NCBI GenBank assembly: GCA_973895155.1
Contig: OZ316892.1
Span: 1,801,223 to 1,865,222, forward strand
Origin: Marsupella aquatica
Lineage: Eukaryota; Plantae; Marchantiophyta
Reading direction: 5' to 3'
DNA length: 64,000 bases
Part shown: positions 37,049 to 50,137 of the stretch, in pieces
Numbering within the stretch: the stretch's first letter is position 1
Layout: every line of letters begins with the position of its first letter
Notes under the pieces: generated by a model
What the model was told of the DNA's origin: nothing
The model's input: only the letters and a program-made list of their open reading frames with translations
The model's database searches: none
Translations under genes and position numbers: made by a program

Positions 37049-40000
37049 AGCCCCCCTATGGCCTGTGCACGTCATCTAGGAGAGCAGATGATGTGTGGAT
37101 TCTTGATTGTGCTTGCTCTTTTCATATTTGTTACATTCATGAGTTTTTCAGTTCTCACTCTATTTCAAACGGTTCAGTTCTGATGGGAAATGATCACTCC
37201 TGTCAAATTGAGGGAATTGGGTCTGTGAAGATTCAAATGTTTGATGGCGCTGTGCGCACAGTGTCCGGAGTCAGGTATGTACCTGGCATGCGTAAGAATC
37301 TGATTTCACTCGGTGTGTTGGATTCAAATGGTCATCAATGGAGCGTTATTGATGGTGAACTTCAAGTCAGGTCGGGAGAGACAGTGATTTTGAAGGGGAG
37401 TAGACAAAAGAATTTGTATGTGTTACAGGGCAATACTGTATGTGGAGAGGCCAATGTAACCAAGTCTCACGAGGAGATGACTCAACTGTGGCATTCACGG
37501 CTAGGCCATATGAGTGAGAAGGGTTTGGCTATCTTACGGAAGAATGGACTCATTTCTGATTTGCAATCTTGTAAATTAGAGTTTTGTGAGCATTGCATTC
37601 TTGGAAAGCAGCATCGTCGTGCTTTTAGTGTTGGAACTCATCGTTCCAAAGCGGTTCTTGAGTACATACATAGTGACGTGTGGGGTCCATCCCCGACTCC
37701 CTCACACTCTGGAAAGTTGTACTATGTATCATTTATTGATGATTACTCAAGATTTGTGTGAATTTATTTCATGACGCATAAGTCTGATGTCTTGTCCATT
37801 TTTAAGAAGTGGAAGGCCCAGGTGGAGAATCAGACTGGAAACACGATCAAGTGTTTGGATACAAGGGTGAAGAGTCTGAGGTTAGACAACGGCGGGGAGT
37901 ACACTTCAATGGAATTTGAAGAGTACTGTTCAGAACAGGGGATAACTCGCCATCTCACCACAGTTTATACTCCGCAGCAGAATGGTGTCGCTGAGAGGCT
38001 CAATCAGACACTGTTGGAGCGGTCACGGAGTATGTTGAGCCAATCAGGTTTACCACAAGAATTTTGGGCAGAAGCTATCAATACCGCAGCTTATTTGGTA
38101 AATCTTTCTCCTTCTAGTGCTATCAATTTCAAAACGCCGTTTGAGATGCGCTATAAGCGGCAAGCAGACTATCATGGCTTGGTAGTTTTTGGAAGTGATG
38201 CATATGCTCTCACACCGAAGCAGAATAGGACCAAGTTGGATCCTACCTCCAAGAAATATGTTTTTCTTGGGTACCAGAGTGGTGTGAAAGCCTATAGGCT
38301 ATGGGATCCTATTGCCTGTAAGCTCGTTGTCAGTAGGGATGTTTCCTTCAATGAATCCAGATTATTGAAGGAGGGGGAGAATACTCAGGTCTCCCGTACT
38401 GACAAAGGAAAATCTCCTATCCCGGATCTCGTTGAGGGGGAGATTGGTTATGAGGTGCATGACCGGAAAGAAGGAGTTGCTCCAATTATGGAGCTGGTTC
38501 TTGTGCCAGAGGAACTAGAGGAGTTTGTTGATGCTGGTGAGCAGCAAGTGGATGCTGTTGAGCTTCAAATTGTACCAGCACACGCAGATCAACCGGAGTC
38601 ATCGGCTAGAAGAACATCTGGTCGCACTATACGCGCTCCACCAAGGTATGGACAGTGGGTTGATTCATCTCAACTGCAAGAGGATGATTTTACAGCTGAT
38701 GATGAGGGTGATGTGTTAATTTTGGAAGAAGGGGAACCTTCTTCATTTCATGAGGCAAGTGCTTCAAAGGAGAAGCAGAAGTGGACTGCAGCAATGCAAA
38801 CGGAGATGCAGTCACTAAAGGACAACAAAACTTGGGAGCTTGTTAAGCTGCCTAAGGGTCAGCAAGTGGTGGACAGCAAGTGGATTTACAAGCTGAAGGA
38901 TAATTCCATAGGAGGTGGATCGAAGGTCTACAAGGCTAGATTGGTAGCAAAGGGATTCACACAAGAGAAAGGTGTGGATTACAATGAGGTCTTCTCACCA
39001 GTTGCTAAGTACTCTACAATACGACTATTGTGTGTACTTGTTGTAATATTTGGTCTGCTGCTAGATCAGATGGATGTTGTCACAACTTTCCTCTATGGCA
39101 CATTGGAAGAGGTGATCTTCATGAGACAACCGCTAGGTTTTGTGAAGAGAGGACAGGAGGAATTGGTTTGCAGATTGCTGAAATCCTTGTATGGGTTGAA
39201 GCAGTCACCAAGACAGTGGAACAAGCGGTTTGACGATTGGATTCAGTCACAAGGTTTTCACAGAAGTGTATTTGACCCTTGTGTGTATTTGAAACCGGTA
39301 AAGAATGTTGTCTTTGGGTTCATTGTTTTAGTACTTTATGTGGATGATATGCTAATTGCAGCCAAGGATAGGTCTGAGATTGTTAAGCTCAAGGCACTGC
39401 TTAGTGCAGAGTTTAAGATGAAGGACTTAGGGCCAGCTAAGAGGATTTTGGGTATGGAGATCACTAGGGACTTGGAGGCTGGCAAGCTATGGTTGACGCA
39501 GAGCAGTTATGCGAGGAAGGTAATTGCAAGGTTCAACATAGGGAATAGCAAGCCAGTAAGTACCCCGTTGGCTCCACACTTCAAGTTATCATCAGCGTTC
39601 TGTCCTACGGATGACACAGAGAAGGGGTTGATGTCAAAGGTTCCGCATGACAAGGCAGTGGGGAGTCTCATGTATTTGATGACTTGCACTAGACCTAATC
39701 TTGCCATGGCTATGGGCAAGGTGAGCAGGTACATGTCGAATCCAGGGAAGGTACACTGGGAAGCAGTGAAGTAGATTATCAGGTACTTGAAGGGTACCGT
39801 GGATCATGGTCTTTTATTTGATGCGAATGCAAAGAATGCTAAATCATTGATTGGCTATGTTGATTCTGACTATGGACAAGATTTGGACCGAAGGAGATCA
39901 ACAACAGGATACGTGTTCACACTTGGCGGTGGATGCATAAGTTGGAGGTCTACTTTGCAGAAGTGTATTGCTCAGTCTACTACAGAAGCGGAGTATGTTG

Positions 40001-40320
40001 CAGCTGCGGAAGTAGCAAAGGAAGTGATTTGGTTGAATAGACTTATCACTGAAATGGGATTGCCATAGGGGAATGTGAAGCTCCATTGTGATAGTCAAAG
40101 TGCGCTCCACCTTGCTGTGAACCAGGTGATGGACAGCAGAGTGAAGCACATTGACGTTAGGTACCATTTTATCAGGCAGGCTGTGTCTGATAATTTGTTT
40201 GAGCTAGTCAAGATTGATGGTAAACTCAACCCGGCTGACGCATTTACCAAAGTGATTCCTTTGGAGAGTTTCTCTAGACATCGTGACGTATTGCAGGTTT
40301 TGCAATTGCATCACAAGTAG
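37045..40320 (+). pseudogene. pol: copia Pol with three premature stops
   Basis: WILDCACSFH (PR), WHSRLGH/HSDVWGP (IN), YVDDML (RT), KHIDVRYHF (RH). Stops at 37759 (TGG>TGA), 39772 (TGG>TAG) and 40066 (CAG>TAG) relative to copy 2. Confidence 0.93.
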
Positions 40321-40511
40321 AGTTTTCTTAAACATTCATTGTAATTACTGATATATGCTCTTCCTCATTCCTATGTATTAGGCTACGGCTTAGTTCTGGT
40401 TTGCTCTAGTTAGAGAGGGAAACCGGTTTGGTTTCTGTCCAGAACTTCCCGCTGAGGGATCATATACATTGGCAGTATTACTCTCCCCTAGACCAGAGTC
40501 AAGGGGAAGAT

Positions 40512-40914
40512 TGTTGGGTATTTACTCTTACGTCTAGGTTAGGTATGACGTGGTTGGTACAACAACATGGGTTGGTACAACTACGTGGTTAGGTACAACT
40601 ACGTGATTAGGTACAACTACGTGATTAGGTACAACTATGTGGTTAGGTACAACTAAGTTGCACACTATATCATAAGAGACATGTGTGCTTGGAGATGTAG
40701 AACCAAGGCTCATTGTTATGGAGCCACTTGAGAGATAGGGAGAGCGTACACTATGGAGACTCGGTATAGCCGACGGGCTTAGAGTTCAGTAAAGCTCTCT
40801 TGTGTGTTCCCGTGGACGTAGCCTCAAGGAGGTGAACCACGTATCTCTTGTGTCGACTATTGTGCGTTGGATGGTTCATGGGCTTGCCGTTGCGATCGTC
40901 GTCTATGCTCAACA
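40512..40914 (+). repeat. 3' LTR copy 1 (403 bp; six 18-bp units)
   Basis: Follows the PPT; followed by TSD ATTAA. Confidence 0.97.
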
Positions 40915-42118
40915 ATTAATTGAGTTTAATAGCTTTTAGGTACTTTGTCGATAAAGTTGCTTGAAATTACAATCCCACCACTGTTTTTTAAGTATTTATC
41001 CAAGGAGACATGGCAGAAGCCAACCACGTGAAAGCAAAAGCTTCAAAAGTTGCTCACTCCATTGGAGTCTTAAGGTCAAACAAGTGGTCCATCAACTTCT
41101 TGGAAAAATTAGAGCAAATTAAGTGCTCCCTAAGTGTGGTACATCAGCACTCTCTTAATTAAAATACTGGAATGGGCGTGAATATATGGTGGAATGCCTA
41201 ATCCTTGTTGACTTATTTCAAGTAATACAACATATTTTGATTCCATTTCAACGAGCAGGATTCTAACACAACGCATGTCCCACAAGACTTTTATGTCGTG
41301 ACGCCCTTGTTTCCAAGGTGTGCGTAGGCAGTAAAGTCAGAAATTCAGAAATTATGTTTAAAATGATTTAAAAAATCTGGGTTTTACTGCTGAAATCGGC
41401 CCAGAAATTGCTAATCAATTGATATTTACAAAGGATAGCACCATTTATAAGACAACACTACAGCGAGACCTTACACATAACACTAGTCATAACATGACAC
41501 TCTCTATGAGCGACCCAACCCAAGCAACCCTAAAATGTTTTCATCCCAGCTTTTGTAAGTTCTTCTACCTTTTTGCACCTCATTGAGTCCTGGAGGCCAA
41601 CATTGGAGCTTTGCTGGAATTTTCTGTTGATACCACAATCAGTTGTCCAATTGAAAAGAAAGGAGTCAACACCTCCCATTCATTTGCCCCAATGATGGAC
41701 TTTGTTAACTTCTCCAAATGATTGTGTTGTTGTGGGGGAATCCTATACAGGTACAATGTTTCAACCTCGTCACACTATTGTCACCATGAGGAGATTAAAA
41801 ATGGGTAGGAAGTCACTTTGTTGCCATTTGTATCTTGACTTCCTCTATTGATTCCAAATCCTTCACCAATATATGGAGCGCAGACAAGACCACATTTGAG
41901 ACTCTATTTTTACTCAAGGCACCACTATTCCTCTTGCGGCACCTTTGTTAGTTGCAAGTTTATATTTACATAGGGCACCACTGATATCCTTCAGGGCGCC
42001 ATCGTGCACCATTATTAGTTTTACTTAAGGCACCGTCATTTCCTTTCATGATACCACTGTGTTTTTTGGATTAGTCTTTACACAAGACGCCATTGTTTTT
42101 CTTAAAGGCGTCACTATG

Positions 42119-42426
42119 CAGTATTTATTTAATTAGTGAATTTTAGTTAATTTTCTTTTCAGATTTATTTTAAGATTAGTGACCAAAGAGGTGTGTCTCT
42201 TCATTCACTCATTTCTTAACACTATAGGAGCAAGGCACTTAGGTGTTTAGACTTAGACTTTTATCATAAGTCCAGTATTTATTTAATTAGTGAATTTTAG
42301 TTAATTTTCTTTTTAGATTTATTTTAAGATTAGTGACCGAAGAGGTGTGTCTCTTCATTCACTCATTTCTTAACACTATAGGAGCAAGGCACTTAGGTGT
42401 TTAGACTTAGACTTTTATCTTAAGTC
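42119..42426. repeat. ~154-bp near-perfect tandem duplication
   Basis: CAGTATTTATTTAATTAGTGAATTTTAG...GACTTAGACTTTTATC.TAAGTC occurs twice. Confidence 0.9.
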
Positions 42427-44064
42427 TCTTCCTTTGTACCTTTGCATCATGGCAAAACTAGCTATAAATAAGTAAAGCTTTGGATCATTGAATCTTGAAA
42501 GGTGTAATAATAGATTCCAGAATGCGTTGGTGTGTTACATTTGTTTAAGTTCTTGATGGTGATGCATGAAATTGGATTTGCTGCCAAGCTTGTGTTGCTG
42601 GAGATTTCTAATTTATACGGAATAGTTTTGATTGAGAACAATTGTGTTCTTTTCATACTGTGTCGTATGCTAACAAAAACAAAATTTAACAAATATATGC
42701 TAAAACTCAATGTTTCCATAGGGATGAAATGATGATTTTACATGTTTTGAGTGGTATAAGATGGAACTCAATGCACAGTCATATGTAAAGAATGAGTTAA
42801 TTATATAAGTAAATAAATTAACAAAGCACAAGCAAAAGGCAACACTCTTTCAGAAACCTGAGGTTAAAGCTTTAGAATTCAAGCCTAGAATTTTTAATTC
42901 ATTTGGCCATTCCTTCAGAAAGGAATATGCTCTTAAGACATCAATGAAGCCAAGAGAAACCTCACAAGAATTGCTCTTTAATTTCAATTTCTAATTGCTA
43001 CTATTGATGGTATACAGCTCACACATCCGCAAAAGTTTGGTTCTGGACAATTTCACATGAGTGTCTACATTAAAATGCCATCAACATGATTCATCTCACT
43101 AGCAATACGCAATTTGGAGAGAATGCCAATGCACAACTTTTGGAAATTGTCGGTACTACAAACATCCAAATATAGAATCGTGCTCCAAAAACTTAAGGCA
43201 ATAGGAAGAGGGTCAACATCAATGAAAGGAAGTCGAGCTACCCAACCAAGTGCTAACTTCCCCTTGGCCTTAGGACCCTTCAAGTATTGCCTATGGAAGA
43301 GGTCCTCATGACATCGAATCAAGCATTGGTCTAGCTTCCAGATGAGCATGCCATCTGGTCCAACGCATATAAAGTAATCTAAGGCCATGGAACATCTAGG
43401 CCATGGAACATCTACAATGGTAAATTCAACCCCAATAGTCAGTTGTCTCAATCTTTGGCATGCGTAGCTTGTCGATAGGAAACCATAGAATATTGTGAGA
43501 AATAGAGTGGTGGACCTAGCCACCCAGCGCCCTCACCAATCCCAACACCCACGCCTAAGTCCCCCTGATGCCCAAACGCCTCCATGAAATACCTCGAGCA
43601 AGCAACCTGGTGCCCCTTGCACTGCCTGCAGCCCCTCCCATACGAAGCCGCACTTGCGCTCCAACATGACCGCTACTCAACGGTTCTCACTATCTGCACA
43701 AACGACCAAACGTCTTGGTAAGTAAACCCCTCAGGATCTAGATCTCCCAAGTCTAGCATCCTAACTCAAGCTCAACAAACATTGGTAAGTAGGTCAGCGA
43801 TAGGTCCTTCCAATGCCATAAGTCGGAACCAGAACCGACACCCACTATTCGTCCAGAATAGCTCCTTCCTTAAGTGCAACTCGGGTTCCCTCTCATACCT
43901 ATACATCACCATCTGACCGCCCTGCCCCCAAGACATGCTCATGGCCCAAAAAGCGTAGCTTGTCCCAACACATCGGGACCAGCATGGTCCCGACTCCAGC
44001 AACCACTCCCGGTTCTTGCCCCACTGATGGTCTAGGGGCCAAGTGCCTTGGAACTCATGATTCA

Positions 44065-44485
44065 TGTTGGGTATTTACTCTTACGTCTAGGTTAGGTATG
44101 ACGTGGTTGGTACAACAACGTGGGTTGGTACAACTACATGGTTAGGTACAACTACGTGATTAGGTACAACTATGTGGTTAGGTACAACTACGTGATTAGG
44201 TACAACTATGTGGTTAGGTACAACTAAGTTGCACACTATATCATAAGAGGCATGTGTGCTTGGAGAGGTAGAACCAAGGCTCATTGTTATGGAGCCACTT
44301 GAGAGATAGGGAGAGCTTACACTGTGGAGACTCGGTATAGCTGACGGGCTTAGAGTTCAGTAAAGCTCTCTTGTGTGTTTCCGTGGACGTAGCCTCAAGG
44401 AGGTGAACCACGTATCTCTTGTGTCGACTATTGTGTGTTGGATGGTTCATGGGCTTGCCGTTGCGATCGTCGTCTATGCTCAACA
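44065..44485 (+). repeat. 5' LTR copy 2 (421 bp; seven units)
   Basis: TGTTGGG...CTCAACA followed by the PBS. Confidence 0.97.
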
Positions 44486-45636
44486 ATTGGTATCAGAGCA
44501 TGCTTGGGAGGTGACGTGTGTTCGTGACGGGATTTCATTACGGTTTTTCCAGCGTTGAGTGTCGGTGGATTTTCCGGAGTTCTGTCTCATGGAACTTGGA
44601 GTTTATGGGCTCAACGGATAGATCGGGGCAAGAGCTTTCTAACGGTGTGAAGAAATCGCTGAACGGAGCTCGTGGTGCAGAGAGATCTAAGTTTTCATCG
44701 TTCTGGATTTTGTGAAGAAAGTTGGCAATCGACTCGGAGGGAGAAGCGTCAAGTGTTTTGACTCAACGGAGAGATTGAGGCAAGACGATTGTTTTGAGTC
44801 CGGGATTGGCTCTTTGATGCAAAGAGGAAGGCTAAGCAAAATCAATTACCTTGTTGGACTTGGTGACGGCACCAAGTGCAATTGATCAACATTCGTTGTT
44901 GACAAGGTACCATTTTTTCTCTTTGAAAAACTAATTCGAAATTGGCTATGGCAATTGAGAGAAATCTGTCATCTTTACCAATTTTTTTCTCCCTCGTTCT
45001 TTCCTTGTTTTGGGTGCTTCTTATATCGATCTTCACCGCCTCGGAGTCTAGTTTCCAAATATGAAATCAGATCTTGATTTCGTCAAAACCCGAGTGAGAT
45101 ATCTTGCGTTTGGTGTCGAGGGGTACATTCTGTCGTGTGTATTTTCTGCGCGCGCGACCAGATTTCGACCTCGAAGGGTGGTAGGGGTTTTGGGGGTTCG
45201 AGGACACGTGTCAGCCCCTCAATTGTTCTTCCAAAATTCCCACAGGGCCTGTACAAGGGTCATAGAATATTCCAAAAAACCAGAGAGCTATTTTTTGACC
45301 GTCCGACAAAGATTTCATCCGCCGAATGGTAACTTTTTTGGTTATTTTTTGGCGAGGTCGTAGCCATTGAAGTTGGCAACGCGGCGCACCAATCACATCA
45401 TAATTCCGACAACGGGTTGTACTTGGTATTTCGGTTATTCCCTGAGGTGGTCAAAATGGGGGAGTTTCCCAAGGTTTTACCCACCTTGACCGAAATTTGA
45501 ATAACTTTTCCGTCAAATTTTGATTTTGATTTCGGTTTTCAGTATTGGACTCCTAGCTTTGTGGGCTACGCGGCGGTGTTGAGTTTCAAGTTTTTTGAGA
45601 AGTTGTGAAAAACAACAATTTTTGTGATTTTCTCAT

Positions 45637-46674
45637 ATGAGTGATTCGGAGGAATTTTTCGAAGACGTGGAACTTGAAGCACGAGGATCATCGCGACGGT
45701 TTCAGGGGCAGAGAGAGGAGCAGGAGGAAGAGCACGTGACACCGATACCATCACTGGTGCGGCGTGTGGTGGAGGAAGCAGTACTACTACCGGAGCTCAC
45801 GGTAGTGCCAAAGAAGAAGATGAGGACTTTCAAGCTTGGGGGACCCAAGTATGAAGTGACAAAGTATGATGGGCGCTCTGACTACTTGCTATGAGAGAAG
45901 CAGGTGAAGGGAGTGCTCTATACGTCAGGGATGGGCCAATTGCTGAGCCCTCGTGAAGACGATGTTGATGAGAAACAATGGGACCGCATGCAGGAGCAGG
46001 GAGTGTGGTGTGTTACACTCTATCTCATGCCTCCCATCATCAAGCAGTTGGGTGCACATAAGGATTGCATGTCCTTGTTTGCGGAATTGCAGAGCAAGTA
46101 TCACCGCAAGGAGTTGTCGAATCGGCTCTACACTTCCTACAAACTCATGAGTTTCAGGATGAAGGAATCCGGTACAAAGTTGCAAGATCATGTGGATGCT
46201 TTCAACGACATGGTCATTGACTTGGAAAACCTTGGGGAGACTTTGAATGATGAGACGAAGGCTCTGCAGCTTCTTAGTTCATTGCCTCCATCTTACCAGT
46301 CCCTATCACGAGTGTTGTTGCATCGTGATAGGGATACCATTTCATATAATGACGTGATAAGTTCTCTGCTTAGTGATGATCTTCAGCAGAAGATGCACAT
46401 CACATCACAGCCTTCATCATATGGTGCTGCCCTCAATGTTAACCGTGGGAGGGGTATGCAGCGACCAACTGGGGACCGTAGAACCCAGTTTAGATCTAAA
46501 TCCAGATCTAAGTCCAAGGGTAAATCCCCTGAGAGGAGGCAGGTGACATGTTGAAAGTGCAACCAAGTTGGACACTTCAAGCGAGACTGTAAGGGCTTAG
46601 CGGAAACTTCATCGGCAAATGTGGCTAGGGCTGATGGAGAAGCTGATTTACTCAATGATGAGTATGTTTTATGA
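45637..46674 (+). pseudogene. gag: copia Gag with two premature stops
   Basis: TGG>TGA at 45892 and 46552 relative to copy 1. Confidence 0.92.
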
Positions 46675-49600
46675 AGCCGGGGGTATGCCCTGTGCACGTC
46701 ATCTAGGAGAGCAGATGATGTGTGGATTCTTGATTGTGCTTGCTCTTTTCATATTTGTTACATTCGTGAGTTTTTCAGTTCTTACTCTATTTCAAACGGT
46801 TCAGTTCTGATGGGAAATGATCACTCCTGTCAAATTGAGGGAATTGGGTCTGTGAAGATTCAAATGTTTGATGGCGCTGTGCGCACAGTATCCGGAGTCA
46901 GGTATGTACCTGGCATGCGTAAGAATCTGATTTCACTCGGTGTGTTGGATTCAAATGGTCATCAATGGAGCGTTATTGATGGTGAACTTCAAGTCAGGTC
47001 GGGAGAGACAGTGATTTTGAAGGGGAGTAGACAAAAGAATTTGTATGTGTTACAGGGCAATACTGTATGTGGAGAGGCCAATGTAACCAAGTCTCACGAG
47101 GAGATGACTCAACTGTGGCATTCACGGCTAGGCCACATGAGTGAGAAGGGTTTGGCTATCTTACGGAAGAATGGACTCATTTCTGATTTGCAATCTTGTA
47201 AATTAGAGTTTTGTGAGCATTGCATTCTTGGAAAGCAGCATCGTCGTGCTTTTAGTGTTGGAACTCATCGTTCCAAAGCGGTTCTTGAGTACATACATAG
47301 TGACGTGTGGGGTCCATCCCCGACTCCCTCACACTCTGGAAAGTTGTACTATGTATCATTTATTGATGATTACTCAAGATTTGTGTGGATTTATTTCATG
47401 ACGCATAAGTCTGATGTCTTGTCCATTTTTAAGAAGTGGAAGGCCCAGGTGGAGAATCAGACTGGAAACACGATCAAGTGTTTGGATACAAGGGTGAAGA
47501 GTCTGAGGTCAGACAACGACGGGGAGTACACTTCAATGGAATTTGAAGAGTACTATTCAGAACAGGGGATAACTCGCCATCTCACCACAGTTTATACTCC
47601 GCAGCAGAATGGTGTCGCTGAGAGGCTCAATCGGACACTGTTGGAGCGGTCATGGAGTATGTTGAGCCAATCAGGTTTACCACAAGAATTTTGGGCAGAA
47701 GCTGTCAATACCGCAGCTTATTTGGTAAATCTTTCTCCTTCTAGTGCTATCAATTTCAAAACGCCATTTGAGATGCGCTATAAGCGGCAAGCAGACTATC
47801 ATGGCTTGGTAGTTTTTGGAAGTGATGCATATGCTCTCACACCGAAGCAGAATAGGACCAAGTTGGATCCTACCTCCAAGAAATGTGTTTTTCTTGGGTA
47901 CCAGAGTGGTGTGAAAGCCTATAGGCTATGGGATCCTATTGCCTGTAAGCTCATTGTCAGTAGGGATGTTTCCTTCAATGAATCCAGATTATTGAAGGAG
48001 GGGGAGAATACTCAGGTCTCCCGTACTGACAAAGGAAAATCTCCTATCCCGGATCTCGTTGAGGGGGAGATTGGTTATGAGGTGCATGACTGGAGAGAAG
48101 GAGTTGCTCCAATTATGGAGCTGGTTCCTATGCCAGAGGAACCAGAGGAGTTTGTTGATGCTGGTGAGCAGCAAGTGGATGTTGTTGAGCTTCAAATTGT
48201 ACCAGCACACGCAGATGAACCGAAGTCATCGGCTAGAAGAACATCTGGTCGCACTGTACGTGCTCCACCAAGGTATGGACAGTGGGTTGATTCATCTCAA
48301 CTGCAAGAAAATGATTTTGCAGCTGATGATGAGGGTGATGCGTTAATTTTGGAAGAAGGGGAACCTTCTTCATTTCATGAGGCAAGTGCTTCAAAGGAGA
48401 AGCAGAAGTGGACTGCAGCAATGCAAACGGAGATGCAGTCACTAAAGGACAACAAAACTTGGGAGCTTGTTAAGCTGCCTAAGGGTCAGCAAGTGGTGGA
48501 CAGCAAGTGGATTTACAAGCTGAAGGATAATTCCATAGGAGGTGGATCGAAGGTCTACAAGGCTAGGTTGGTAGCAAAGGGATTCACACAAGAGAAAGGT
48601 GTGGATTACAATGAGGTCTTCTCACCAGTTGCTAAGTACTCTATAATACGACTATTGTGTGTACTTGTTGTAATATTTGGTCTGCTGCTAGATCAGATGG
48701 ATGTTGTCACAGCTTTCCTCTATGGCACATTGGAAGAGGTGATCTTCATGAGACAACCGCTAGGTTTTGTGAAGAGAGGACAGGAGGAATTGGTTTGCAG
48801 ATTGCTGAAATCCTTGTATGGGTTGAAGCAGTCACCAAGACAGTGGAACAAGCGGTTTGACGATTGGATTCGGTCACAAGGTTTTCACAGAAGTGTATTT
48901 GACCCTTGTGTGTATTTAAAATCGGTAAAGAATATTGTATTTGGGTTCATTGTTTTAGTACTTTATGTGGATGATATGCTAATTGCAGCCAAGGATAGGT
49001 TTGAGATTGTTAAGCTCAAGGCACTGCTTAGTGCAGAGTTTAAGATGAAGGACTTAGGGCCAGCTAAGAGGATTTTGGGTATGGAGATCACTAGGGACTT
49101 GGAGGCTGGCAAGCTATGGTTGACGCAGAGCAGTTATGCGAGGAAGGTAATTGCAAGGTTCAACATGGGGAATAGCAAGCCAGTAAGTACCCCGTTGGCT
49201 CCACACTTCAAGTTATCATCAGCGTTCTGTCCTACGGATGACACAGAGAAGGGGTTGATGTCAAAGGTTCCGTATGACAAGGCAGTGGGGAGTCTCATAT
49301 ATTTGATGACTTGCACTAGACCTGATCTTGCCATGGCTATGGGCAAGGTAAGCAGGTACATGTCAAATCCAGGGAAGGTACACTGGGAAGCAGTGAAGTG
49401 GATTATCAGGTACTTGAAGGGTACCGTGGATCATGGTCTTTTATTTGATGCGAATGCAAAGAATGCTAAATCATTGATTGGCTATGTTGATTCTGACTAT
49501 GGACAAGATTTGGACCGAAGGAGATCAACAACAGGATGCGTGTTCACACTTGGCGGTGGATGCATAAGTTGGAGGTCTACTTTGCAGAAGTGTATTGCTC

Positions 49601-49947
49601 AGTCTACTACAGAAGCGGAGTATGTTGCAGCTGCGGAAGCAGCAAAGGAAGCGATTTGGTTGGATAGACTTATCACTGAAATGGGATTGCCACAGGGGAA
49701 TGTGAAGCTCCATTGTGATAGTCAAAGTGCGCTCCACCTTGCTATGAACCAGGTGATGGACAGCAGAGTGAAGCACATTGATGTCAGGTACCATTTTATC
49801 AGGCAGGCTGTGTCTGATAATTTGTTTGAGCTAGTCAAGATTGATGGTAAACTCAACCCGGCTGACGCATTTACCAAAGTGATTCCTTTGGAGAGTTTCT
49901 CTAGACACCGTGACGTATTGCAGGTTTTGCAATTGCATCACAAGTAG
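46675..49947 (+). CDS. pol: copia Pol (PR-IN-RT-RNaseH), uninterrupted frame
   Basis: 1075-aa ORF with all four domains; same frame as gag, beginning directly after the gag TGA (46672-74). Confidence 0.95.
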   Translation, partial: SRGYALCTSSRRADDVWILDCACSFHICYIREFFSSYSISNGSVLMGNDHSCQIEGIGSVKIQMFDGAVRTVSGVRYVPGMRKNLISLGVLDSNGHQWSVIDGELQVRSGETVILKGSRQKNLYVLQGNTVCGEANVTKSHEEMTQLWHSRLGHMSEKGLAILRKNGLISDLQSCKLEFCEHCILGKQHRRAFSVGTHRSKAVLEYIHSDVWGPSPTPSHSGKLYYVSFIDDYSRFVWIYFMTHKSDVLSIFKKWKAQVENQTGNTIKCLDTRVKSLRSDNDGEYTSMEFEEYYSEQGITRHLTTVYTPQQNGVAERLNRTLLERSWSMLSQSGLPQEFWAEAVNTAAYLVNLSPSSAINFKTPFEMRYKRQADYHGLVVFGSDAYALTPKQNRTKLDPTSKKCVFLGYQSGVKAYRLWDPIACKLIVSRDVSFNESRLLKEGENTQVSRTDKGKSPIPDLVEGEIGYEVHDWREGVAPIMELVPMPEEPEEFVDAGEQQVDVVELQIVPAHADEPKSSARRTSGRTVRAPPRYGQWVDSSQLQENDFAADDEGDALILEEGEPSSFHEASASKEKQKWTAAMQTEMQSLKDNKTWELVKLPKGQQVVDSKWIYKLKDNSIGGGSKVYKARLVAKGFTQEKGVDYNEVFSPVAKYSIIRLLCVLVVIFGLLLDQMDVVTAFLYGTLEEVIFMRQPLGFVKRGQEELVCRLLKSLYGLKQSPRQWNKRFDDWIRSQGFHRSVFDPCVYLKSVKNIVFGFIVLVLYVDDMLIAAKDRFEIVKLKALLSAEFKMKDLGPAKRILGMEITRDLEAGKLWLTQSSYARKVIARFNMGNSKPVSTPLAPHFKLSSAFCPTDDTEKGLMSKVPYDKAVGSLIYLMTCTRPDLAMAMGKVSRYMSNPGKVHWEAVKWIIRYLKGTVDHGLLFDANAKNAKSLIGYVDSDYGQDLDRRRSTTGCVFTLGGGCISWRSTLQKCIAQSTTEAEYVAAAEAAKEAIWLDRLITEMGLPQGNVKLHCDSQSALHLAMNQVMDSRVKHIDVRYHFIRQAVSDNLFELVKIDGKLNPADAFTKVIPLESFSRHRDVLQVLQLHHK

Positions 49948-50137
49948 AGTTTTCTTAACATTCATTGTAGTTACTGATATATGCTCTTCCTCATTCCTAT
50001 GTATTAGGCTACGGCTTAGTTCTGGTTTGCTCTAGTTAGAGAGGGAAACCAGTTTGGTTTTTGTCCAAAACTTCCCGCTGAGGGATTATATACATTGGCA
50101 GTATTACTCTCCCCTAGACCAGAGTCAAGGGGAAGAT

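Larger units (their letters stand above)
34440..40914 (+). mobile_element. Full-length Ty1/copia LTR retrotransposon, copy 1
   Basis: TG...CA LTRs 34440-34860 and 40512-40914; TSD ATTAA; PBS TGGTATCAGAGC (tRNA-iMet); PPT AAGGGGAAGA; domain order gag-PR-IN-RT-RH. Confidence 0.98.

Noticed and set aside
40915-44064. The two copia copies as a segmental/tandem duplication
   Set aside because: Different TSDs, unrelated flanks and element-specific LTR SNPs indicate separate insertions.
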